In this document: piece after piece, positions 24,501-31,968 of the stretch
How the letters are laid out: each line of letters begins with the position of its first letter
Position numbering within the stretch: the first letter of the stretch is position 1
Source of the DNA: a virus
Lineage: Duplodnaviria > Caudoviricetes
Direction: 5' to 3' (one strand)
Length of the DNA: 56,322 nucleotides
Virus record (IMG/VR): IMGVR_UViG_3300051212_000212
Span: 1-56,322 of that record
Notes under the pieces: generated by a model
Seen by the model: the letters and a program-made list of their open reading frames with translations, nothing else
Databases searched by the model: none
What the model was told of the DNA's origin: nothing
Position numbers and translations under genes: made by a program

Positions 24501-25183
24501 TAGTTGGCAAAGAGGCTAATGCCATAGAAGAAACAGCTTTGCAACTTGCAAAACAACAGCTTGGCATTAAAACTTCTGCAGTTAATTTAGAACAACATGG
24601 ACTAGGAAGCAAGAGTCGTCAAGACCATATTTATAGAATAGCAAAAGCACTTGGTTTAAGTAGTGAAATACATTCTGGATCAAGGCCTTATATTATGGAG
24701 AGCCTATTCTCTAAGTCTTTCTTTGGTCCAAATAGAAATACAGAAATAGCAAGCAATAAATTGTGGGTTGATACACAAGAAGCCTTAAGGTCTCTTGCAC
24801 AGCATGGATATTTTAAAACTTTAATTAAAAAAATGAAGAGTGCAGACGACTTTGATTTTGCTCGTGGCGGATACATTAGAAAATTCCATGACCTAAGAGG
24901 ACCTATTCCAGGGCCATATAATGCAGAAGTTGGAGCGCTTGTTCGTGCAAAAACAGAAAGTATTTATCCTACAGGCTATGTAGAATCTCTACAAAATGCT
25001 ACAATGAGTGGAGGAAACACATACGTGCTAAAGAATGAAATTCATGCCTCAGAAGGAATGGATGTAAATCAATTGGCAGATGTTGTTACAAAGAGAACTA
25101 TAGATACAATTAAATCAATTGATTCTGTAAACTTAAAGTCTACGGGAACAAATAGAAAGTTTGGAGGTATGATTCCAGCATGA
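15590..25183 (+). CDS. Tape measure protein (3197 aa) with inserted cargo domains, including an ADP-ribosyltransferase-like domain
   Basis: TP901-type TMP core ('GRQLTVGLTVPL', 'NFLNAVENQTST', 'EGANALKS'), long helical regions, repeated 'GG..GPG...D' modules and a YRG/SSWS/ESE motif. Confidence 0.9.
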   Translation: MADEQIVTNIVANADFSNLIGDLNKVTVALSRMQSELKSTQRSLGNQIRAINTQFGETLRSTGQFTSHFVTISSDVEKFGRSLDSGKMKLGQYFKVWQDHHRTAGGLIRDLAKQQVQMQNAVLQPIGKNAEGMMRFAVHVPKGLDLIRNKTALTRQELAIMNKVVQDGAQQLINWGKNTQWAGRQLTVGLTVPLVAFGKAAADAFRAADQELVRLTKVYGDLGETTTANLAQVRKEVVATAKELSTTMGVSFKDTIALGADIAATGKTGNELLSSISETTRLAVLGEVDRQDAMKATLAIQSAFKANTEELAESINFLNAVENQTSTTLNDLVEAIPKAGPVIKGLGGSVQDLALYLTAMREGGINATEGANALKSALASLINPTDVAVKKFEGFGIDLLGIVNNNAGNVTKTLLTLQSALDQLDPLAKQQAIEQLFGKFQFSRLNALFENLGKQGSQTLQVLDLMKASSEDLANIAGRELAAVTESASGKYRRALETLKADLAQTGEQFLNIATKVINATDKIINFINNLPEPMKKILGLAGGFTALVGPLIMLTGVLGNFFGYIVKGVYHFKALFKGAEGWKLLTPEIMAANNAGTLIEKTFYSDAKAAAVLHKAILDLTAQYNGLAEAAARAAIGTGAVSTTAGNPVIVSTPGGGKRIVDPTHPLAGREGTRSFAHMVPRKTDQPGSIFGVVQSSGPVNTLVGENPMIYAADDLPNIPGLTTIERSVKTAAGRQPMAVSTGVVIDEVAKQHALMAALAMQGKQELIEIEDTLKNSGMLTVGFMQTFDDILPETSRIAKNAAAASQAIIAEVQAGKVTVEQARAKIIQLNIAVEQEIIETMSLLAASRGAAFDPYTIPLLSQPSITAAGKSNMKELFHKENTRDLVNQIATLLGVRTSGAGYNLETTTPVGARKGYRQLPLPGFIGGGQIADGVYTLNDGNIVPGPKHINRDIQFGILPVDSFVVNQGATKKNLEFLQGMVGEKNNLTGGGQPVMLSPFEFVVPPEVVNEGNNLDILKGINSGQITFSNTGGKIPALQYFAAVNAGRMVARKTTPLKVTLSKSKIKKIDPKWSPRNPKRGDTWNLKPASGGVYGVDDSGVNERLATTGASASEYLESLRNAAVIKGSSNPLVGTTDDFLEALVLAGKISKSEADRVLVSLSKAYTAKVKEMSVITDPTNPYHALSERAIMDSPYAAKILPWWKQFKVKTGSIEKNRPSGSRSGASGSPTSTILVVDGEVVKVKPFEGSRKDSIKALHGANKDWSDFIEESLGTGVGAAMLGGLIQKFAAFMPGRKVQKKVGPEFEEEFPDWVIRNEKTNLSNTDPLHGPLQIGRYQPPLTIRTRRQPAGIMYRGRYTKSIWQGGPKKGEAYWSPRHTAKVEAFLTGDEAARANYIIEEYMRGAYSVMGIKGAAEALRAAAKKVSGRFYRGITLGGRSRVGGTMSALPDWLEQELELARKTGDFSGVIGREFILRRSSWSENPKTAGGFGDFFITADVKNRNAVKASEMFPDLRFPDPRTGEMLPVNESESFFGGKFRIVKASKDGMYVQSVNSPMGGNRAMGGDVNAGTPYIVGENGPEVFIPRQSGGIIPNNMMQYKLAGGGIKAIWNAIRGVLSKGKTAKAPATTAAPSGSGQMELDLGVPAAAAADDLTGQMSPFGFKGQMIGLGGSLAGGAIGQSIGGTPGFMVGSMVGNMAMFIPQLIKAAKVAGTLFKLLKNLTIGGAVITALISIGKYLLDLKKKAEDLGKANRLAFGGTQESFTSVGIKSYKSMSDRIKDINEQLELHRAKVKSVYESYTKTGVSGLSLTIEELRKAIENAKTSQKEYVEAFNNIDSGRVVEYAAQLKAQFVAMGMSAQEATNQIYAIVKASEKAGQAFSAITSKAFTSIKDSTSGIEFIINYLKESLGDTFNVEEFNTGLDTLLNAVLMYRDSLVGTADDQKNIRDEADATAETLEKIGKMKGSERIINAEQIEQLKSQNIIYGSILSSTESIESITAKILLYSSGLADVVDLGRMSAENAIALAKNFATVQNIMNSVTEDIQDDKYRNTLEPLAKVIKTVKDDSDSAAEAVKRLKKVDEDYYRNKMKAIDDLIKKLQKERDERLKLIDLQERASTFENQMKSAQIKYQQSLTAGNLAQAAQEQLNINQLSSERQRQLLRDSINDKYNDQIDKLQAQKDKLQDDLDKANKNYNAKTAAASEKAAELAKLQAYRDELELIALRNVDGPISKTDSMRIENIFKEMTDAGGELKKAAEAMRVGNPAVPSIRGTAGKSFSQVLVDNLNADVKSRAAENKTFKTAVDAFVKAVDKFKGDSTIPAAPGAGDYKNVKFGIDYSYLHFEAPSGKYVIKVNSTRYDDTFQTVKDKGWTPVRWNDVRMKGFKDLGTQGEDGELSDQNLATGGYVKGYSKAGEITGSGGTGTSDDILIRASRGEFMVNANSVASAGIENMHSINQKGADGIIEAAMRLLSGSKRLNKGGITDQQMAKTNKGLSYYDKNIDPKFESFARLTAKLFTNSPGGYILPAMHVAKDVFGSWLFGAKPTFGKRGILKDLDPKTYTPYLEAFNMSMLHPFSEIAKGSATKGDWINAALFMVPQSKAGTGLSAASRIQMSKSGAFAALSTKRYKDFVKSIYQTKYVENDGLKFPTHTIGTDSTRFGFEGYGEDLSGLLKAGKIDEIVKTTPEGILEAALKLNPKSKEIRSLLDNFKNKNITQKEIEFLDQMIGATSISNRGKRTQLEQGEGFAMLLAALKGDKNAQDIVKIKAGIAEEIVKKERLARNKEVAESYKGFRLEDGPVEPQNVPVIHSTKYPVVRDKNGNVVLHTYGDQNIGTDVAYPRASLHFTLEDTVKSHMQGQWDSAQNKIVSRLSTMIDDSGLPYQLNSTDTWWMRNPGQPLKISDASVIKPFTNYSSYADELISRGLMKAGDDTPIMAIDTKTKEILHLIKENYTDADRIKIAELQGYSAGYAETLVGKEANAIEETALQLAKQQLGIKTSAVNLEQHGLGSKSRQDHIYRIAKALGLSSEIHSGSRPYIMESLFSKSFFGPNRNTEIASNKLWVDTQEALRSLAQHGYFKTLIKKMKSADDFDFARGGYIRKFHDLRGPIPGPYNAEVGALVRAKTESIYPTGYVESLQNATMSGGNTYVLKNEIHASEGMDVNQLADVVTKRTIDTIKSIDSVNLKSTGTNRKFGGMIPA

Positions 25184-25632
25184 CATATCCACTAGTATTA
25201 CCTAAAGGATCTGTGTTGTATTTTGATACATCTACTACCTCTACCCCGACCTGGCAAAAAGTATCAGAACATAATAGACAAGAATTTTTAGTAAATAGTA
25301 ATCGAATAGAACAATCAGTAAGAATGGCTAATGGAACTTTGAGGAAATTTTATGTGGCGGATAAAAAAACCTATAGTACATCTTGGAGCATGCTGCCATC
25401 TACATCTGCTTTTACTGTTGATGGTGGATGGGGCGCAACAGATATTAAAACTTTTTATGAAGGAATAGGGAAGGGTGCTTTTAAAATAAAGATAAATTAC
25501 TCCACAGACGGAACAGACCAGTCATCTACAGCAACACCAATATTGGTAATGTTTAGAGAATGCTCTTTGAATCTTGTCAAGCGTGGAGTAGAAGCACACT
25601 GGAATGTATCGCTTGCGCTGGAAGAGGTATAA
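25180..25632 (+). CDS. Distal tail protein-like
   Basis: First gene after the TMP; 'RMANGTLRKFYVADK', 'WNVSLALEEV'. Confidence 0.6.
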   Translation: MTYPLVLPKGSVLYFDTSTTSTPTWQKVSEHNRQEFLVNSNRIEQSVRMANGTLRKFYVADKKTYSTSWSMLPSTSAFTVDGGWGATDIKTFYEGIGKGAFKIKINYSTDGTDQSSTATPILVMFRECSLNLVKRGVEAHWNVSLALEEV

Positions 25633-27911
25633 TGATCAATCTTGCCAACGCTCTAGAAACTCAAGCAGCTAAAGACATAATAAATAAAAACTATTCGGTT
25701 CCAGTTGGTATCGGATGCTCTATTGAATACAATATGAATTCAATGATAGAAAATGTATCTGTATATTCAACCAATCTCGATTCAGAATATACCAGTGGAA
25801 TTACAGGCGGGTGGACAAAAGCAAGCCCATATAAAAAGCTATTTCCAGTAGACACAATCATTAGACCATTTAGACCGATAGACTCTGGAATAAAATACTT
25901 TATAATTCCATCTAACTCAACCAATTTTTCATATAAAGATCCAAAATCAGTATATTACAACCTAGGTACTGCCAGAATATATTATCCAGGATTTTCAAAT
26001 AAATATAAATATTGGGTGTCTCCAGAAGGAAAGAACGCTAAATTAGTTGTTAAGTATACTCAGTCCACCGCAAAAATAATTGAGGCTACATCTTCAAATC
26101 CTACAAAAGAAAGAGTTGCATACGTAACAGAGTATTCGCATGGATTTGTTGTAAATAATATTGTAAAAATAACTGGCATGTCAAATGCAGCATTTAATAT
26201 TACTGGGGTTATTACAGAAGTCCCAGACACCAAAACATTTGTTTTGGCCAAAAGCATTGCTGCTTCGAATAAAATTTCATCACAATCTGGGACAGCTACA
26301 TTGGTTTTAAGCGAAACACAAGATACAGCAATATCTACAAAGCCAGCAATTGCAAATAAAATTATTATTAGTTTTGAAAAAAATCATAACTTGCCAACAT
26401 CGGTAACGGTAAAAATTAAACACCTAGACGATACCGAAAAGACTACAACTATATCTTCTTTTAATACTACATTTCCAAACGGACAGGTTATTCTATATGC
26501 ACCAGTAGCAGATGGAAATTGGACTACATCTACTACCAACGTATATACTACTCCTAAATTTGTAAAATCTATAGAGGTAGAGGCCACAGCGCCATCATCA
26601 ACAGCAGTTATGGCTGTTACAGAGATATCTGCAAGATGGATAAAAGATGTGACATCTTTACTGGTAATGTCTGATATAAATAAAGAGTCTTCATCCTCAT
26701 CCGAAGATATTCTTCCAGTTGGAAAAATTTCTTCTAATACGGCTACTATTTCATTTTCAAACTACAACCAAGACCAGCTTATGATAATTCCATATTCTAA
26801 ATCTAATCTATGGAATACTGGTACTGGGGTTACTGAATTTGATTTTCTATATATGGTAAAGAATGCTGAGATTAAGCCTTACTTTAAGATATCTAATTCT
26901 ACAAATACATATAGTATTCCGCAGGGAACATATTATGCAGATAGTTGGGAGATAGATCAGTATGGCAATACAAGCGTTACTGCTTTAGACGGGGCAAAGT
27001 ATCTAATGGAATCTATTCCACAAAGCCTGTTGTTAGAACAGTATTCAGCTACTGCGGTTATCAGAACACTACTAGACTCTGTAGGGTTTACAAATTATAA
27101 TTTTAACTTTTTATTTAAAACTGAAAACAACCAAGTTGTTGTTACAGATACATCTATTCCAAACATATCATACTTTTGGACTGATGAAACAAAAACAGTA
27201 TGGGAAATTCTTCAAGAAATATGCAGAGACATACAGATGAATGCATTTTTTGATGAAAACAATATTCTACAATTTTACAGCAGAGATAAAATTTATTCTC
27301 AAACACCTTCAGTTTGGTCTTTTTATGAAAAGCCTGAAGGAGAAATTCTACCTAATATCGTGACAATGTCACAGTCAGAAATTCCTTCTGCTAACCAAGT
27401 AAAGCTTTTGTGGATACCAGTTCTAACTACAGAATACTTGGGTGATGCAGGACCACTTGCACAGGCAAATACTGCTTATCTTTCTGCTGGCGGACTTGCA
27501 TACCCTATTACTGCAGAATCTTCTGCGGAAAATACAGATTTAATAATTAATAATTCTACAATGGACGAGTACGGAGTATTTCAGGCGGGTTCAAGTTTTA
27601 GCGGATTCTTTTTAATTGATGACGAGATTATTGAATTTGATGCGCTAGAATATCAATATGTTGGAAGAGACGAAAACGTGTATACTGTTTGGATAACATC
27701 ACAGTCTGATGTTGATAAGTATTTGGCATTGTCTAAACCAGGAGCAGCAGATGTCAGTAATTACGCAAGAACAGTTTACTTCAGACCTACTGGAAGATAT
27801 CGTGTTAAAACAAGAGGAGCTTTGGGTACAAAGCCAGCGGCACACAGTGTTGTTCCAGTAGATGTCGCAGCAAATAATGGATGGAAGGAGGTTTCTTTAA
27901 ATTTAACATGA
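25632..27911 (+). CDS. Tail tip/hub protein
   Basis: ATG coupled to the upstream stop; 'TVWEILQEICRDIQMNAFFDENNILQF' hub-like pattern. Confidence 0.6.
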   Translation: MINLANALETQAAKDIINKNYSVPVGIGCSIEYNMNSMIENVSVYSTNLDSEYTSGITGGWTKASPYKKLFPVDTIIRPFRPIDSGIKYFIIPSNSTNFSYKDPKSVYYNLGTARIYYPGFSNKYKYWVSPEGKNAKLVVKYTQSTAKIIEATSSNPTKERVAYVTEYSHGFVVNNIVKITGMSNAAFNITGVITEVPDTKTFVLAKSIAASNKISSQSGTATLVLSETQDTAISTKPAIANKIIISFEKNHNLPTSVTVKIKHLDDTEKTTTISSFNTTFPNGQVILYAPVADGNWTTSTTNVYTTPKFVKSIEVEATAPSSTAVMAVTEISARWIKDVTSLLVMSDINKESSSSSEDILPVGKISSNTATISFSNYNQDQLMIIPYSKSNLWNTGTGVTEFDFLYMVKNAEIKPYFKISNSTNTYSIPQGTYYADSWEIDQYGNTSVTALDGAKYLMESIPQSLLLEQYSATAVIRTLLDSVGFTNYNFNFLFKTENNQVVVTDTSIPNISYFWTDETKTVWEILQEICRDIQMNAFFDENNILQFYSRDKIYSQTPSVWSFYEKPEGEILPNIVTMSQSEIPSANQVKLLWIPVLTTEYLGDAGPLAQANTAYLSAGGLAYPITAESSAENTDLIINNSTMDEYGVFQAGSSFSGFFLIDDEIIEFDALEYQYVGRDENVYTVWITSQSDVDKYLALSKPGAADVSNYARTVYFRPTGRYRVKTRGALGTKPAAHSVVPVDVAANNGWKEVSLNLT

Positions 27912-29926
27912 GACCATATTTGGTAACAGAGGGTGGCGGAAGCTCCAATAGTTTAGATATTATATATAATCCAATCATTAACGACTTTGTTATTCCTGGA
28001 GCAAATTATGTTGCAGTAAATATTGAGGTTGATGAATTAGACATGGGAATAGATCCAGACGGATACGGAGTGTCTTATTTAGAATATGCATTAGATGGAG
28101 TAACTCCTAATGGGCTTGAAACCGAAAAACAGATATTCTATAAAACAATTCCAATAACAGCGGTAGAATGTTCTGGAAATACAATAGTTTATACATCTAA
28201 TTCACATCCATTAGTTGTTGGTGACTATGTAACAATAGAGGGGTCTGCTCTTTTAAGATTTAATGTTGTTGATAGAAGAGTTACTGCTGTTTCTACAAAT
28301 ACATTTACAATAGAAAGAACAGGACAAGGCGCTACCGCAGGTACTTTAAACACAACAGCAAGTGCAAGAGAGCTTATGATTGTAAAAAATTTAGGGTCTG
28401 GTGTTAGGTATGACTTTTTTATACAACCATTTAAAGGTAATCCAAATTTAGAAACAAATTTTGCAAACAAAACTCCTTACACAAACTATATAACTAAATT
28501 GTTAAAACCAGCTATTCAAAATAAAACTAGGGCAATTGATCCAAATAAACGTGTTCCTGGAAAATCATATGTCCAGATATCAAATATCGGAGCAAGTAAA
28601 AATCAGTATCAATTCTTGTTAAAAGATTTTGAATCAGTGACAGTTCCAGAAATAACAAAACAACAGCAGACAGTTAAAAAGGGAACAACTACAATACAAA
28701 AAACTATTAATGTTTTTGATACTTCATATTATGCTTTTGGTACATCTATGCTGATAAGCAACTCTGAAAGCCAAAACGGAAGAGGAGGCGGAGGCCTAGG
28801 ATTCTTTATGTCTGGAGACGGTACTACAGGATATTACATTGTTTTAGACACAGGACAAAAAGCATCAGACATAAATGATAATGAACTTAGAATTGTAAAG
28901 GTAAGAGGATCCCAACAAAAAGTATTAAAGGATACACAAAATACTATTACAAGAACTGCTAAAGGCAATACCATGTCTACAAATAAAACACAGGGGACAC
29001 TAGCAAATACTCAGGCGGGTAAAATATATAATATATCTGTAAAGGTTCAGGCTAACAGTAATTCATTAAGAATGATTGTAGAAGTAAATGGATTTAAAGT
29101 AAATGTATATGACGATATAGATTTTGCAGAACCGCTTCCAACTATAATTGCTCCATCAAAAGGTGTAGGCCTATTTTGCACATCTGGCCAGGTAATGTTT
29201 GACTATGCGTATGCAAAAGATATAACTCCAGAAGAATTTAAGAGGGCGGAGTTTGAGCCAGATTTTTATTCTGGACAATTTTCAAATGACTTTATAGATA
29301 GCTCATTTGGTAATTTAATTTATAATCAAAACTTTAACAATACGGATATAGATGAGGTTGATCTCAAGCCAAAAGCAATAGATGAGTTTGGAACAACTGC
29401 TAGAGAGATATATAAACTTAAATCCAAGTTTGAAAATGTTTCAAAGCCTTCAGGGGTATCTCTAGGAAACAATACAAGCGCATCAATCTTGTCAACTAAA
29501 TTTAATAATTTTGAGGCAGAGGTATATGTTTTAAATAATGCCTCAACTACAATCCCCCTAGAAGATTCTGGTTTTAACAGCCTATTTGTTTGGGGAAATG
29601 AAATAACAAGGGGAAGCGTACAAGAATATTTAACTGTAAATGAAACAGACTTTTCTTATATAGAGCCAATTACTTTTGAAGCAAAGTGGGTACAGAATGA
29701 AGAAGACGCAAAGTCATTGGCTGATTGGATAAAGAAGTCTGTTATAAATAAAGGTAAAGTTGTTGAGATGGAAGTATTTGGAAATCCGCTTATTTCTGTT
29801 GGAGATATCGTAAACATTAAATATACATATCAGGGAATTCTCGGCACAGAAAAATTTATTATAACTAAAGTAACACATTCTTTTAATCAAGGGCTGGTGA
29901 CAAACTTAACCTGTAGGTCACTGTAG
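27908..29926 (+). CDS. Tail tip protein
   Basis: ATGA coupling; C-terminal 'GNPLISVGDIVNI...FIITKVTHSF' typical of hub/tail proteins. Confidence 0.6.
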   Translation: MRPYLVTEGGGSSNSLDIIYNPIINDFVIPGANYVAVNIEVDELDMGIDPDGYGVSYLEYALDGVTPNGLETEKQIFYKTIPITAVECSGNTIVYTSNSHPLVVGDYVTIEGSALLRFNVVDRRVTAVSTNTFTIERTGQGATAGTLNTTASARELMIVKNLGSGVRYDFFIQPFKGNPNLETNFANKTPYTNYITKLLKPAIQNKTRAIDPNKRVPGKSYVQISNIGASKNQYQFLLKDFESVTVPEITKQQQTVKKGTTTIQKTINVFDTSYYAFGTSMLISNSESQNGRGGGGLGFFMSGDGTTGYYIVLDTGQKASDINDNELRIVKVRGSQQKVLKDTQNTITRTAKGNTMSTNKTQGTLANTQAGKIYNISVKVQANSNSLRMIVEVNGFKVNVYDDIDFAEPLPTIIAPSKGVGLFCTSGQVMFDYAYAKDITPEEFKRAEFEPDFYSGQFSNDFIDSSFGNLIYNQNFNNTDIDEVDLKPKAIDEFGTTAREIYKLKSKFENVSKPSGVSLGNNTSASILSTKFNNFEAEVYVLNNASTTIPLEDSGFNSLFVWGNEITRGSVQEYLTVNETDFSYIEPITFEAKWVQNEEDAKSLADWIKKSVINKGKVVEMEVFGNPLISVGDIVNIKYTYQGILGTEKFIITKVTHSFNQGLVTNLTCRSL

Positions 29927-29951
29927 TCGACTAAATGGTATAATAAAAAAT

Positions 29952-30806
29952 ATGGCAACTTCAGACAGCGCAAGCAAGGCAAGACAACCAGCGGTTCCAG
30001 CAAACAGTCCGCTGATTACTGCTGGCATATTAAATAAAAATAAAGTTAGAATATATGATCCTTCTACTGGAGAACTTGCTGATGTCTATGCGCCAATTAA
30101 ACCCTTCTATTCTCCAAGAGTATCAGATCCGTCTAAGGTTGGAACTGGACCTACTGGAGATGACGGGACTGGTCCAACTGGTCCAACTGGTTCTGGATTT
30201 GAAATAATTCAAAAAGATCTTGTAGAATTAACAGATATTGAAAGTGTTACGTTTGAAGAGTATGAAGACCCTATTAGCAAAATTGTAAAAATTAGAGCTT
30301 ACATAAAAGTAAGAAATACAAGTTTAAAACAATCAGATGTAAGCGCAGTAGACGTAAGAATTTTTGATGACTCTGCCGAAAATACAATAACAAAAGAAGA
30401 TACAGTTATAGTTTATACAGGTCCTTCTGGCTCTGTTCCTGGTGGCACTAAGTTTGTAAGGCCTACACCTTCTACGCCTAGCGTAAAGTTTGATAGAACT
30501 GGTACTGCTATTGCCTGGGGGTGGAATAACGTCTCAGGGCTTGGGTCATATTCTTCTGTTTATTATGAATGGATTATTAGTAAAACAAATAAAAAGAATG
30601 CAGCAGAATTAGATTCTGGAGTAAAGAATTACGACAATACTGGAAACTTCCAGATAGGTAATAGTGGAGTTTATAAAAAATATAGGGTAAGCTCAGGTCA
30701 AGGAGATACCACAGCAACTGCATCTGCAAGATGGCTCAGAGTAAGGGCAGTAGTGGTCGGAACTGATGGGAAGAACTATTATTCCGAATACTCAAATCCA
30801 ATTTAG
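29952..30806 (+). CDS. Minor tail protein (putative)
   Basis: Tail module position; short GPT stretch; Fn3-like C-terminus. Confidence 0.5.
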   Translation: MATSDSASKARQPAVPANSPLITAGILNKNKVRIYDPSTGELADVYAPIKPFYSPRVSDPSKVGTGPTGDDGTGPTGPTGSGFEIIQKDLVELTDIESVTFEEYEDPISKIVKIRAYIKVRNTSLKQSDVSAVDVRIFDDSAENTITKEDTVIVYTGPSGSVPGGTKFVRPTPSTPSVKFDRTGTAIAWGWNNVSGLGSYSSVYYEWIISKTNKKNAAELDSGVKNYDNTGNFQIGNSGVYKKYRVSSGQGDTTATASARWLRVRAVVVGTDGKNYYSEYSNPI

Positions 30807-30813
30807 GAGAAAC

Positions 30814-31968
30814 ATGATTAAGGGAACATATATCGTATACGAAGACGGCAAAGAAATATACAGAAGCCGTAATGTTATTACTAAATTTGGAAAAAGGTTT
30901 TTAACAAATTATATTGCTGGATCTATTCCTAATTTTTCAAAAGATATTGCTTTCGGTATAGATAGAAAAGAGTCTTTGATTACTGCCGCTTCTGCATCTG
31001 CTGGAATCATAACATATACTGGATTAAATTATTTTTCTGCAGGAGACAAGGTCAGCATTACAGGGCTATCAACAGAAGATTTTAATATATCAAATGCTAC
31101 AGTAGCCGCAGCAAACTCAACACAATTTACAGTGGCTAGTACAATTACTGGAACTGCTGTTACTGGGTCTACAACTGGGCGGGCATATAAAAATGCAGTA
31201 GATACAGATACAAGATTAGGGTTTGAATTCTATAGATCCCCAGTAGATATATATAGCACAGACATTCAGACCAATGAAGAGACTACTACATATGGGGTAG
31301 TATATAAAACAACATTGCCTCAAGAAGTATCTGGAATTATATCCGAGTTGGGCATATACCCATCTACTAGAATTTCAAAGAATAATTTTGATAGCCAATT
31401 CCTAGACAATTTCTCAGATAACCTCGCATGGTCAGCTAATACTTTAGAGAATCCAAGCTACTCAGAAGTAGGAGCAAGAATTGGAGATGATGTTGTTTCT
31501 CTTGCATCTGGGTCTGGAACTGCAAAGACATATACTAGAGAAATTCCAACAATTAATCTTTTGGGGTATAGCGTTAATGATAGTATTACTTTTGCTTATT
31601 ACAAATCAGATAACAATTTAAGCAAGATAAGAATTAAATTGCATAGCGATACTACAAACTATTTTTATGCAGACATAACACCACAGTCTGGTATTGGATA
31701 TAAGATAGCACCAGATATATCCATGGCAACATTTTTTAACAATCAGATAGGATCACCAGATAAAGCAAACATAGATTTAATATCAATTGAAATACATCCA
31801 ACAACTGGAAACACCACATCAATAGGTGCTGATGGATTACGTATTAATGATGAAGATACATTTGACCCAGGATTTGGTTTAATCAGTAGAACCGCTCTTG
31901 AAACTCCGCTGGTTAAATATACTGGAAGGACGGTTGACGTAGAGTATAGACTGGAGCTGACATTCTAA
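30814..31968 (+). CDS. Minor tail/baseplate protein (putative)
   Basis: SD AGGAG before ATG 30814; 'NVITKFGKRFL', 'ISELGIYP' fibre-base-like motifs. Confidence 0.55.
   Translation: MIKGTYIVYEDGKEIYRSRNVITKFGKRFLTNYIAGSIPNFSKDIAFGIDRKESLITAASASAGIITYTGLNYFSAGDKVSITGLSTEDFNISNATVAAANSTQFTVASTITGTAVTGSTTGRAYKNAVDTDTRLGFEFYRSPVDIYSTDIQTNEETTTYGVVYKTTLPQEVSGIISELGIYPSTRISKNNFDSQFLDNFSDNLAWSANTLENPSYSEVGARIGDDVVSLASGSGTAKTYTREIPTINLLGYSVNDSITFAYYKSDNNLSKIRIKLHSDTTNYFYADITPQSGIGYKIAPDISMATFFNNQIGSPDKANIDLISIEIHPTTGNTTSIGADGLRINDEDTFDPGFGLISRTALETPLVKYTGRTVDVEYRLELTF

Noticed and set aside
25632-29926. Frameshift or pseudogene splitting one tail-tip gene into two
   Set aside because: The two ORFs are joined by a standard ATGA overlap at 27908-27911, consistent with two coupled genes.
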